Virus record (IMG/VR): IMGVR_UViG_3300038674_000542
Location: 1 to 27,735 of that record
Direction: 5' to 3' (one strand)
Source: a virus
Lineage: Duplodnaviria > Caudoviricetes
Length of the DNA stretch: 27,735 nt
Both the position numbers and the translations under genes were made by a program. Under the pieces are notes generated by a model. The model made no database searches. It was given only the letters and a program-made list of their open reading frames with translations, and was not told where the DNA came from. The stretch's first letter is position 1. Each line of letters starts with the position of its first letter. Below, one piece after another: positions 8,381 to 16,991 of the stretch.

Positions 8381-8854
8381 ATGAGTGTTACTAAAGCTTT
8401 TTTAGCTCAGTTTATACGGGACAAGATTTACCCAAATAATTCACGTCTTGTTAAGGCGTTGGATGTACAGGAGGTTTTGCTTCAAATGACAAGTGGTTTG
8501 GCTTTAAATCAGGATTTTGAGCTTGGGGAGGTTGCCACTGGGGTCAAGTGGATAGATGGCAAGGAGATTTACAGGCAGGTTATAAATTTAGACCCTTATT
8601 TGGGTTTAAATCCTGTTAGAGATTATGTTTCCATACAACTTTACAGGGGTTCTTATTTTAAGGTGGAGCATGTTCAGGTTATAAAGTCAAGTGGGGTTGT
8701 TTGTGATTTGTCTTCTAATGATATACGTGTAAGCATTGATTATAGTCGGTCTTTTGGGATGATTATGTATGTTTCAGAGGTTAACCCATTGGATAGTTTT
8801 GTTTCTGGGTATGCTGTTGTAAGTTACACTAAGGGGGAGTCTACGTCTTATTGA
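8381..8854 (+). CDS. putative short tail fibre/appendage protein
   Basis: N-terminus L...I...I..N.......QEVLLQM and E..TG.KWIDGK.IYR motif, both typical of phage fibre proteins. Confidence 0.6.
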   Translation: MSVTKAFLAQFIRDKIYPNNSRLVKALDVQEVLLQMTSGLALNQDFELGEVATGVKWIDGKEIYRQVINLDPYLGLNPVRDYVSIQLYRGSYFKVEHVQVIKSSGVVCDLSSNDIRVSIDYSRSFGMIMYVSEVNPLDSFVSGYAVVSYTKGESTSY

Positions 8855-8856
8855 TC

Positions 8857-9714
8857 ATGGAGAAGTTAAGATTTTGTCATTCGGTGTGGACAGAGCCTAT
8901 GTTTTCTGGCAGGTGGCATATTGGCAATCAGTTTTACCATAATATTTGGATGTTTGCTTTGTCGGCAGCACTTATAAAGAAGGCAGGTCATTCTATTGTT
9001 TTGCATACTGATTCAAGAGGCAGGGAGCTTTTTGGGTTTTTGCCGTATGACGAAGTTTACACTACTTTGGATGCTTTGGATTCAGACCCTTTATTTTGGG
9101 CTTCTGGTAAGATACTGGCACAGCAGAGTGAGCCTTTGGGTTCTACTCACATTGATGGGGATGCTTTTATTTTTAATTCAGATTTGTTTGAGTTAGTGTC
9201 AAATTCAAAAGGTGATTTGTTTGTTCAAAGCAAGGAGTCCTTTGATGATGTTTTTCATTTGTTAGTTCCTTACACATTGGCTTTAGATGCTTTAGCACCT
9301 GCGTTGAAAAGAGCACCCATTGACTTTGATTTATCTTTTGATTTGGTGTTTAATTGTGGTCTTGTAAGGTTTAATAATCAGGTTCTTAAGGATGAATATA
9401 TTTCAGGTTACTGGACTTTTTTAAAGGAAATTTTATCAGATCAGAGTGTATTAAAAGTTTTAGATGGAAACAAAGATATTACGCCAGATCTTGTTTTGGA
9501 GCAGTTGTGGCTTTACAAGATTGTTAAAAGTAGGAATTACACTTATTCATGTTTTGGCAGTAAGGAGTTATCAAGTAATGGTTTTGTTCATTTTGTTGGC
9601 AAAGGGAAGTATTCAAATAATTTTATGATAAAGTGTGAGTTGATCAAAGCAGATCTTGATTTATTTTACAAGGTCAGTAAATTTTTAGAGGATCACAATT
9701 TTAGGGAGGTTTAG
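8857..9714 (+). CDS. DUF6734-like protein, putative GT-A fold glycosyltransferase
   Basis: HSVWTEP, LHTD..G, LPY, FWASGK, HIDGD (DxD), FNCGL, LEQ, FVHFVG..K. ATG 8857 lies 2 nt after the upstream stop. Confidence 0.65.
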   Translation: MEKLRFCHSVWTEPMFSGRWHIGNQFYHNIWMFALSAALIKKAGHSIVLHTDSRGRELFGFLPYDEVYTTLDALDSDPLFWASGKILAQQSEPLGSTHIDGDAFIFNSDLFELVSNSKGDLFVQSKESFDDVFHLLVPYTLALDALAPALKRAPIDFDLSFDLVFNCGLVRFNNQVLKDEYISGYWTFLKEILSDQSVLKVLDGNKDITPDLVLEQLWLYKIVKSRNYTYSCFGSKELSSNGFVHFVGKGKYSNNFMIKCELIKADLDLFYKVSKFLEDHNFREV

Positions 9715-9716
9715 GT

Positions 9717-10106
9717 ATGTCTATAAATAATGTAACAATTCCAGCAGTTCCAGTTGTTTACCCAGTTTTGTTAGATTTTATTGCTTCGTCGGTGTCATCA
9801 TTGCAGCAGTTTGCCAGTGGGGCTTGTTTGCTGGATTCGGGTGACAATTTCATAAATGATACGGAGGTTTTAGTTAATTCCACGTCGTTGCAGGTTTTGC
9901 AGATGAGTTCTGTAGGTTCTGTTGTTAATGTTTCTTATTTGAATAATGTACCAGGTGTTAGGGCTTCCAAGTTAAGGGTATTTTATTACAATCCAGCGAA
10001 TAATGAGAGAGTTCCTTTAATTGATTTTGTGTTTGAGGAGGAGGTTTCCACTCCTTCTTGGGGTTTGTATTCGTTTGTGTTTAGCATTAATTTTTCAATT
10101 GTATAG
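9717..10106 (+). CDS. hypothetical protein, probably virion structural
   Basis: 129-aa beta-rich ORF translationally coupled within the tail module. Confidence 0.65.
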   Translation: MSINNVTIPAVPVVYPVLLDFIASSVSSLQQFASGACLLDSGDNFINDTEVLVNSTSLQVLQMSSVGSVVNVSYLNNVPGVRASKLRVFYYNPANNERVPLIDFVFEEEVSTPSWGLYSFVFSINFSIV

Positions 10107-10108
10107 TA

Positions 10109-10453
10109 ATGCCATTTGTTAGAGTAACAAACAGTTCAGTTGAGTTGATAGACGAGCAATCTTACAGGGTTATTCGCACTATTGCCACTTCGGCTTTGTC
10201 GGCGGATAGGAATCAGAAGACAAGCCAGTCGGTTATAGTTCACACTGACGGGCGTGTGGTTTTGTATGATGATGATGCACGTGTTGTGCGTACTTTGACT
10301 ACTGGAGGGGCTTCGGGTGTTTTCAGTGGGGATGACATTATTATTAGGAAGGGTTCGGGTCACACGGAGGTTTGGTCGGCTGATGGTCGTTTGATAAGGA
10401 CAATGGATTCAGGTTTAAATTTGAAGAAGTTAATAAGTAAGTTAGGTATTTGA
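10109..10453 (+). CDS. small three-repeat beta protein (propeller-blade-like) with a basic C-terminal tail
   Basis: Repeats SVELIDEQSYRVIRTI / RVVLYDDDARVVRTL / HTEVWSADGRLIRTM. Confidence 0.75.
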   Translation: MPFVRVTNSSVELIDEQSYRVIRTIATSALSADRNQKTSQSVIVHTDGRVVLYDDDARVVRTLTTGGASGVFSGDDIIIRKGSGHTEVWSADGRLIRTMDSGLNLKKLISKLGI

Positions 10454-10480
10454 TTCGTATAGGTTTTAAATGTACAGTTT

Positions 10481-10663
10481 ATGGATTTAAGAGAGTGGGT
10501 GTCACGTTCAGCACGAAGGGGGAGACTGTCAGATTCCAGTTTGATGTCTGGTAAGGTGATAGGAGATTCTGAGAGGGACAAATTTTTGTCTGTATGGGCG
10601 GACAAGGTGGTTTTGGCTGGTTGGAGAAGGTTAAAGAAAAAGAACAAATTAAATAGGTTATAA
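10481..10663 (+). CDS. small basic protein, candidate internal head protein
   Basis: 60 aa filling the gap; MDLREWVSR resembles scaffold MDLKEFSR; contains RLSDS and VIGDS. Confidence 0.6.
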   Translation: MDLREWVSRSARRGRLSDSSLMSGKVIGDSERDKFLSVWADKVVLAGWRRLKKKNKLNRL

Positions 10664-10682
10664 ATTTTTAAACACTCAAAAA

Positions 10683-11633
10683 ATGGGAAGAATTCAGACA
10701 GGCACGTTGATAGAGGATAAGACCATTCAGCGTGCGGTAACTGCAAAGGGTTACTTAGGAAGATGTATTTTGATTACGAATGTATGGGAGCAGACTTGTG
10801 TAAGTTTTGTAAACAAGTTAGGGTATTTTGTTGATGACGACCCTAACGAGCACATTAAGCGTAATTTGCAGCCGAACACTTACGTATTCACTCCGGTGGT
10901 TCGTTTGACTACGTCTCCACAGGGGGATGTTGTTTCACCTCAGTGCAAGGTGGAGTATTTACGGCTTTCACCGAACCGTTATAACAAGCTTTGTGAGTCT
11001 ATACGCAGGAATCCTACGTTCACTCATTTGGAGCTTGTAGCAGATTCATCAGGTCAGTTTGAGACGACGGATGCTATTCCTGTTTCCACTCCGATACCTT
11101 TTGTTAATGAGATTCAGAGTTTCATTAATTCTTTGGATGCGGAGGCATTATTAAAAACTATTAAGAGTGAGATGGGGTCTCCTTTGTCTGTTTTGGACGA
11201 GAGATTAGAGGCTCAGAAGGCAGCAGCTTTGATTACAAATCCTGTTCAGGAGCCTCAGGGTCAGCCATTTGCACCGTCTCAGGCACCTGCTTTTCAGCAG
11301 TTTCCGAATGCTTTTCAGCATCCACAGGCTTTTCAGATGTCGCCAGCACAGGCTGGTAAGACTTTTCAGCAACCAGTTCCGACGCCTGTTCAGCCTAATC
11401 AGGCTTTTCAGCAGCCACAGCCTGCTTTTCAGCAGCCAGTTCAGCCACAGCCTGCTTTTCAGCAGCCAGTTCAGGGTACGTCTAATAATCAAGGTCAGCC
11501 TAATGTTAACATCCCAGATCAACAGAAGATTGCTTTTCAGCAGCCAGTTGCAGACAAGGCGGGAGCTTCTGATTCCACGCAGCCACCAGTTTTTCAGTTT
11601 CCACCGTTTGGGGGCTTTAAAGATGAGCAGTAG
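10683..11633 (+). CDS. hypothetical protein with a globular N-domain and Q/P-rich repeat tail; possible ssDNA-binding protein
   Basis: About 175-aa folded region, then AFQQP repeats and FPPFGGFKDEQ end; lies before helicase and polymerase with its own terminator. SSB call is inference. Confidence 0.6.
   Translation: MGRIQTGTLIEDKTIQRAVTAKGYLGRCILITNVWEQTCVSFVNKLGYFVDDDPNEHIKRNLQPNTYVFTPVVRLTTSPQGDVVSPQCKVEYLRLSPNRYNKLCESIRRNPTFTHLELVADSSGQFETTDAIPVSTPIPFVNEIQSFINSLDAEALLKTIKSEMGSPLSVLDERLEAQKAAALITNPVQEPQGQPFAPSQAPAFQQFPNAFQHPQAFQMSPAQAGKTFQQPVPTPVQPNQAFQQPQPAFQQPVQPQPAFQQPVQGTSNNQGQPNVNIPDQQKIAFQQPVADKAGASDSTQPPVFQFPPFGGFKDEQ
11286..11600 (+). repeat. degenerate coding repeats (x-F-Q-Q-P), including a 30-bp tandem duplication
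   Basis: cctgcttttcagcagccagttcagccacag at 11421-11450, repeated in part at 11451-11474; (g/a)cttttcag recurs through the region. Confidence 0.85.
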
Positions 11634-11650
11634 TTAGCACTTTTATTTTA

Positions 11651-11678
11651 AGAGTCGTATTTAAAATACGACTTTTTT
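11651..11678 (+). terminator. intrinsic terminator
   Basis: AGTCGTATT-TAA-AATACGACT followed by a T-run. Confidence 0.75.
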
Positions 11679-11691
11679 CTTATTTAACAGT

Positions 11692-13266
11692 ATGGTTCAA
11701 AAATCATTTAATTCGGTATTGCTTACGCATCAGGTTGAGCCTTTTAATCAGATGCACACACGTAAGAGGGTGTTACTTTCATGCAAGGCGGGTTCTGGAA
11801 AGACTATCATATCGCTTGCGTCTTGGTTTGCTTTGTACAAGGCTGGGATTGTTGACAAGTTGTTTGTTGTTATGCCTGTTAATGCGTACACTAAGAAGGT
11901 ATGGCAGAAGGAGATTAAGAAGCACATGTCTGGGGTTACTGTCACTACGTGGGATGATATTTCTCACTGTACTGTGCATCAGCTTAAAAGTTTGCCTTAC
12001 GACGTTGTATTGTTTAAATACACTTCTGTAAAGTTTCAGGATTACAGAATGTATCAGTTGATTAATTCTTTGTTTTTGTGGAGTTCTGAAGGCAAGATGA
12101 ACGTATTGTTATTTGACGAGGTTCACAAGTGTAAGGCTTGGGATTCTCAGGTTACAAAGATTTGGTCGGCTTGCAAAAAGAATTGTCCCATTGTTTGGGG
12201 TGTAACTGCGACTAATTACTCAAAAGATTATGTTGATACTTTTAATATTTTAAATTTCATTAAGCCTTATGTTTTAGGAACGTTCAAAGACTTTATGCGT
12301 GAGTGTTGTGTTGTTGAGGAGTACTTTCAGCCAGGAGCAGGTTACTTAGATAGGATTGTGGGGCTTAGGGAGGATGTATTTTTCAGCAAATTAAACGGAA
12401 TGTTAATATTGGGTGATAGTTTGATGGAGCCTCACTTTCACTTTTACAAATATGCGATGTCGCCTGCCACTAAGGATTTGTATTTGCGGGTTGCTTCTGG
12501 GTTGGCTGTTATACCTGTTGTGGCTTCTGGGGAGGAGGATCACGAGGATGTTATTCGCAGGTTGTTAAGCACTGAGGTTGATACTGAGGAGGTAGTTTAC
12601 AGAGATATTTCGAGGAATACTGCTGGGTATGTTTTTTTGCAGTATGTATCTGATGGTGCTGTTAATGCTGATGGGGAGTTTAGGCCAGTTGAGACTACGA
12701 AGTTGGATAATTTTATGAGGGTAATGTATGACATTCACAGCAGGGGTCGTTCTTGTGTTGTTTTTGCACAGTATTATTATTCTTTGGATGTAGTTATGCT
12801 TGCTTGCAGGCAGGCTTTTCCAGATGCGGTTATTTTGGAGAATTCATCACGTGTTAGGATGAAGGATGAGGATTTGAGGCCAGAGCTTGTTAGGAGGAAG
12901 ACTCATTTTATATTCATAACTCAGGCTGGTTCGGAGTCTTTGTCTTGGGGTTTTATTTCTGATGTTTACTTTTTTAACATTCCGACCACTCCGTCTTTAT
13001 TTTCTCAGGTGGCTGGTAGGATATTGAGGGTTGACACTCTTTTTCCAGGAGACTTGCATATTCACATTCCTTTGGCAAATAATATAGATGGATATAAGTT
13101 ATTGGTTGTGTCGGCTAAGGCGAGTCAGGCTGATGTTGTTCAGGGGAGAGATTTGTCTATACCTTCTGTTTTTAAGGGGGTAGACTTTTCAAGCACATCA
13201 TGGGAGAGTTGGAAGGAGAAGTTACTATGGGGGGCTCAAGATTCTGCGTCTATTTTGGATATTTAA
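11692..13266 (+). CDS. SF2 (SNF2-like) DEAD/DEAH-box helicase/ATPase
   Basis: Walker A KAGSGKT, Walker B LFDEVH, motif III TAT, motif V TQAGSESL, motif VI QVAGRILR. Confidence 0.9.
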   Translation: MVQKSFNSVLLTHQVEPFNQMHTRKRVLLSCKAGSGKTIISLASWFALYKAGIVDKLFVVMPVNAYTKKVWQKEIKKHMSGVTVTTWDDISHCTVHQLKSLPYDVVLFKYTSVKFQDYRMYQLINSLFLWSSEGKMNVLLFDEVHKCKAWDSQVTKIWSACKKNCPIVWGVTATNYSKDYVDTFNILNFIKPYVLGTFKDFMRECCVVEEYFQPGAGYLDRIVGLREDVFFSKLNGMLILGDSLMEPHFHFYKYAMSPATKDLYLRVASGLAVIPVVASGEEDHEDVIRRLLSTEVDTEEVVYRDISRNTAGYVFLQYVSDGAVNADGEFRPVETTKLDNFMRVMYDIHSRGRSCVVFAQYYYSLDVVMLACRQAFPDAVILENSSRVRMKDEDLRPELVRRKTHFIFITQAGSESLSWGFISDVYFFNIPTTPSLFSQVAGRILRVDTLFPGDLHIHIPLANNIDGYKLLVVSAKASQADVVQGRDLSIPSVFKGVDFSSTSWESWKEKLLWGAQDSASILDI

Positions 13267-13285
13267 TTTTTAAGCTTTGTATGGT

Positions 13286-13672
13286 ATGAGTGTTTGGGTG
13301 ATTGTTTATTTCAGTGTTAATTTATTTTTGTCAGGAGCTTACTTTGCTTTGGCTTTTGTGAGTGGAGATTCTTTTTGGCAGAAGGTTAAGGTTGTTGTGT
13401 TTACTTTTTTAATTGCCCTTGTGGGTTTGCCATGTCTTGTCACGTTGTTTTTTATTTTGTTAGTAGTAGGTTTATTCAAGTTGGTTAACACAACTTTTAA
13501 GGTTGGTTTCTTTTTTGAGTTTTACTTTACTAATAAGTACAGGAGATTGGAGGATTATCAGGTTGAGAGTTTGAGGCAGTCTTATGAGTTATTGGAGGGG
13601 AGCAGTGGGTTAAGGCATGCAATGTCTCGAAAATGTATTAGAATGATTTTAAGTAGATACAGCAAGGTTTAA
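13286..13672 (+). CDS. membrane protein with two predicted TM helices
   Basis: Two long hydrophobic stretches in the first ~65 aa and a basic soluble C-terminus; ATG 13286 preferred to TTG 13277. Confidence 0.7.
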   Translation: MSVWVIVYFSVNLFLSGAYFALAFVSGDSFWQKVKVVVFTFLIALVGLPCLVTLFFILLVVGLFKLVNTTFKVGFFFEFYFTNKYRRLEDYQVESLRQSYELLEGSSGLRHAMSRKCIRMILSRYSKV

Positions 13673-13674
13673 TT

Positions 13675-14052
13675 ATGAACGATTTAAGTCAGGTAAGTTT
13701 GGAGGGTCGTATTTCAAGTTACACAATGTTTTTATTGTTGGATTGTGTGGAGACTTTGCAGATGTTTTCGGAGAAAGAGTTTGCAAAGCAGGGTTTTAAA
13801 TTAAAGCCAAATCAGTTATATTTACTTTCAAGCATAAAGTATGCAGTAAGGGACTTACGAAAGTCTACTTTATTAACGGGGATTGGGTCTCAGTTTTCGT
13901 TTGGAGAGGATGCTGAGTTTCTTTTTAAGGTTTTGATGTTGGTAGTTGACAGGTTTGGTATGGACGAGGAGAGAGACAAGATATTAGATATTTTAAAAGA
14001 GTTTCCTTCGGTTATGGGTCTTGATTTAAGAAAGTTTGGGTTTAAGGAGTAG
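13675..14052 (+). CDS. hypothetical phage protein
   Basis: 125 aa, coupled to both neighbours. Confidence 0.75.
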   Translation: MNDLSQVSLEGRISSYTMFLLLDCVETLQMFSEKEFAKQGFKLKPNQLYLLSSIKYAVRDLRKSTLLTGIGSQFSFGEDAEFLFKVLMLVVDRFGMDEERDKILDILKEFPSVMGLDLRKFGFKE

Positions 14053-14055
14053 CTT

Positions 14056-16068
14056 ATGATAAGTATTTCAAGGAATGGGTGGGTGTTACAGCTTGCTCAA
14101 ACAAACGAGGACTTGATGTCTGTTTGTGCTTTTTACAGATCCTTACCAAAAGGAGCCCTTGTCGGCTTAGATACTGAAACTACTGGGCTTGACTTTATAA
14201 AGGACCGTGTGGTTGGTGTTTGTTTATCAGCGTTTACTATTCAAGGAGTCCAAGTCGGGACATACCTTCCGGTTAGGCATGAGGGGTACACTAACAATTT
14301 AGTAGAGGAAGATGTTTTTGGGTTGGTTAGATATTGCATAGACAATCATCAGGTTTGTTTGTGGAATAGGTCTTTTGATTTTGGGATGTTGGAGAAGGAG
14401 GTAGGAGTTATTAACTGGGTTAATAGTTCGGTGTCTGCTCAGGTTGCTTTTTATTTGGGGATGACTAAGCCATACCCTGCATTAAAGGAGTCTTATCAGT
14501 TTTTGTTTCCGCATGCTGATGTAACTATATTCAGTGAGGTTTCGGAGTCTCATAATTTTGGTCAGACTAATCCAGAGTTATCTTATGTTTATGCAGCGTC
14601 TGACCCGTGTATGACTGTTGATGTTTACAGGGCTTGTTTTTTAAAGTTTCCATTCATAAAGAATATATTTCAGTTGGATAACAGGTCTGAGGAGGTATTG
14701 CGTGTTATTTCCAAAGATCAGATTAGTTTTGATACTGATTTGTGTAGTAGGATGCTTGATGAGGTTAATGCGAAGCTTTCGGTTTTGGAGAAGGAGATAT
14801 ACTCCATTGCTGGGATGCCTTTTTTAATTTCGTCGTCTGTTCAGACTGCTTCTGTTTTGTCGAGGTTTGTGCCGTTGACTGTTAAGACGGAGAAGGGGTC
14901 TGTTAGTGTCAAGTCGGAGGTGCTTCAGAAGATTGATCATCCGTTGGCAAAGTTGTTAGCTGAGCATAGTGATTTAAGGACGTTTAAGAATTCTTATCTT
15001 TCTAAGTATCTCAGCACGGCTACTGGGTCTGGTGGTAAGTTAAGGGTTTCGTGGTCTGGGGTTGCAGCTTTGACTGGTCGTTTGGCTTGTTCTGGTTCGG
15101 ACAAGAATTCATATTACTCACAAAAGTGTAATTTGCAATCTGTGCCTAAGGATGTAGTTGTTTCTTATGTACACCCACATTCCACTTTGGGTTTGTGTGT
15201 AAATAGTGTACCGGAGGGTTCTTTGGGGACTGTTGAGACTAAGTCTGGGTTTAGGGATTGTTTTATTCCGCCGGAGGGTTATGATTGGATTTCGGCGGAT
15301 TATTCTGGTCAGGAGTTTAGGATTGCTATTAATTTTGCAAAGGAGAAGAGATTAGCGGAGGCTATTAATGCTGGGTTGGATCCTCACATGGAGACTGCAG
15401 CTTTGTCTTTTGGTGTTAGGGATAAAACTCACCGTCAGATGGCTAAGGCAGTTACTTTTGGTTTGTTGTATGGTCAGACTGTTCAGGGGTTAGCGAGCAG
15501 GTTGGGTGTTTCTTTGGAGCGTGCACAGCAGATTCAAGATCAGTATTTTAATGGGTTGCCCTCGTTAAAGAGGTGGATAGAGTTTCAGCACAATTTGGCA
15601 AAGCGTCAGGGTCGGGTGTTTACTTATTTTGGCAGGCCTATTAACATTGACTTGTCAAAGAATTACGGTTACGGGTTGCGTGTTAGTCAGAACGCACCGA
15701 TTCAGGGCACTGGTGCTGATTTGATTCGTTACAAGTTGATAACTTTGCAGTCTTGGAGGGAGTCTGGTAAGATTCCTGATGATGCCATTAAGTTTATTTT
15801 TTCTGTTTATGACGAGGTTAATTTGGCTGTTAAGCACGAGTATGTTCAGTTTTTTGTTGTGGCATTAAAGGAGATTATGAGGCAGGAACAGCCAGACTGG
15901 TTAGTTCCTTTGGAGGCGGAGGTTTCTTTGGGTGCTTCTTGGGGTCAGATGTTGGAGTCTCCTGTTATGAAGGATAACATGATTGTGGATTCTCCGTCTA
16001 TAGTTTGGAATTCGGATGAGGTTAGGCAGCAGTTTCATTCTTATGTAGGTTATGCACCTACTGTTTAG
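14056..16068 (+). CDS. polA: DNA polymerase family A with 3'-5' exonuclease domain
   Basis: ExoI GLDTETTGL, ExoII NRSFD, ExoIII YAASD; TGRL; motif A SADYSGQEFR; motif B RQMAKAVTFGLLYG; NAPIQGTGAD; motif C SVYDEV. Confidence 0.95.
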   Translation: MISISRNGWVLQLAQTNEDLMSVCAFYRSLPKGALVGLDTETTGLDFIKDRVVGVCLSAFTIQGVQVGTYLPVRHEGYTNNLVEEDVFGLVRYCIDNHQVCLWNRSFDFGMLEKEVGVINWVNSSVSAQVAFYLGMTKPYPALKESYQFLFPHADVTIFSEVSESHNFGQTNPELSYVYAASDPCMTVDVYRACFLKFPFIKNIFQLDNRSEEVLRVISKDQISFDTDLCSRMLDEVNAKLSVLEKEIYSIAGMPFLISSSVQTASVLSRFVPLTVKTEKGSVSVKSEVLQKIDHPLAKLLAEHSDLRTFKNSYLSKYLSTATGSGGKLRVSWSGVAALTGRLACSGSDKNSYYSQKCNLQSVPKDVVVSYVHPHSTLGLCVNSVPEGSLGTVETKSGFRDCFIPPEGYDWISADYSGQEFRIAINFAKEKRLAEAINAGLDPHMETAALSFGVRDKTHRQMAKAVTFGLLYGQTVQGLASRLGVSLERAQQIQDQYFNGLPSLKRWIEFQHNLAKRQGRVFTYFGRPINIDLSKNYGYGLRVSQNAPIQGTGADLIRYKLITLQSWRESGKIPDDAIKFIFSVYDEVNLAVKHEYVQFFVVALKEIMRQEQPDWLVPLEAEVSLGASWGQMLESPVMKDNMIVDSPSIVWNSDEVRQQFHSYVGYAPTV

Positions 16069-16117
16069 TTGTTGGCAGCTACAATATACAGTTGTTTAAC
16101 GGTTTAAACATTTTGTA

Positions 16118-16981
16118 ATGGTAGTTTTGGTTGATTACAAGAATTTGTTGGGTAGGTCGAAGGTTATGGGGTCTACGATGCTTGTTGGGGGTGTTGAGTA
16201 TGATTCATCCATGAGGGATGCGTGTTTGTCGATAATATCGTCTCCAAGAGCGGATGTAGTTATTTTTTGTTTGGATGGTTTTCCAAAGTTTAGGTATGAC
16301 ATACTTCCTACTTATAAGGAGGGAAGAAAGCATAAGGAGAGTGAGGTTAAACGTTACCCTGTTGTGAGTTTGCTTAGGGACATGCAGGATGTTGGAAGAA
16401 GATACAACACTTCTGTTGTTTTTTCGATGTCTCCTTTTATGGAGGCTGATGATGTTATAGCTTCTATAGCGAGGGGTGTAAGTGAGGATTCTTTTCAGGA
16501 CATAACAGAGGATGAGGCTTTGGTTTGGTGGGCTGGTTTGGGTGAGTGGAGGAAGTTTTATATAAATTCATCTAAGTTTTGTATTATGTCTTCGGATTCT
16601 GATTTATTGCAGTTGTTGACTGATGACCCAAGCAGAACGGTTATGAGGGTAGAAAAGATGTCATTGGTGGATGCCACTTTGTCTTTGCCAGATTCGTGGG
16701 TTAGGCGTGGTGTTTTGACTCCAGGAGAGTTGCTTTCGTATAAGGTGTTTGAGGGGGATTCAGGGGACAGGATTCCACGTTCGAGGGTTGTTAGGCCTTC
16801 TGTTATAGGGAATCGGTTTTGGAAGACTTTAAGTAGTCCAGATAGGTTGTCGGAGTTTTTGTTTTTTCCAGAGAGGTTTCCGGAGTTGAAGGGTTCGGTG
16901 GATATGAATATATTGTCAGATAATATCAAGTTGGTAGGTTTGTATCCTAAGGTGACGCCTTATTTTTTAGTTTTATGTTAA
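16118..16981 (+). CDS. 5'-3' exonuclease / flap endonuclease (T4 RNase H, T5 D15-like)
   Basis: LVD..N, CLDG...FR...LPTYKEGR, EADDVIA, SSDSDLLQL, GDSGDRIP. Confidence 0.9.
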   Translation: MVVLVDYKNLLGRSKVMGSTMLVGGVEYDSSMRDACLSIISSPRADVVIFCLDGFPKFRYDILPTYKEGRKHKESEVKRYPVVSLLRDMQDVGRRYNTSVVFSMSPFMEADDVIASIARGVSEDSFQDITEDEALVWWAGLGEWRKFYINSSKFCIMSSDSDLLQLLTDDPSRTVMRVEKMSLVDATLSLPDSWVRRGVLTPGELLSYKVFEGDSGDRIPRSRVVRPSVIGNRFWKTLSSPDRLSEFLFFPERFPELKGSVDMNILSDNIKLVGLYPKVTPYFLVLC

Positions 16982-16991
16982 AGGTAGGTTT

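Noticed and set aside
11205-11637. Overlapping ORFs 11205..11522 (-) and 11269..11637 (+)
   Set aside because: Shadow frames kept open by the low-complexity AFQQP repeats.
13286-13672. Holin
   Set aside because: Two TM helices, but no endolysin nearby and it lies in the replication operon; not supportable.
15148-15246. Intein or intron in the polymerase
   Set aside because: Only 33 aa, in frame, with no intein splice motifs (N-terminal C/S block, HN-C/S/T end).
16093-16114. Hairpin TGTTTAA-cggt-TTAAACA between polymerase and exonuclease as a terminator
   Set aside because: The stem is almost all A/T with a short T-tract; too weak to call.
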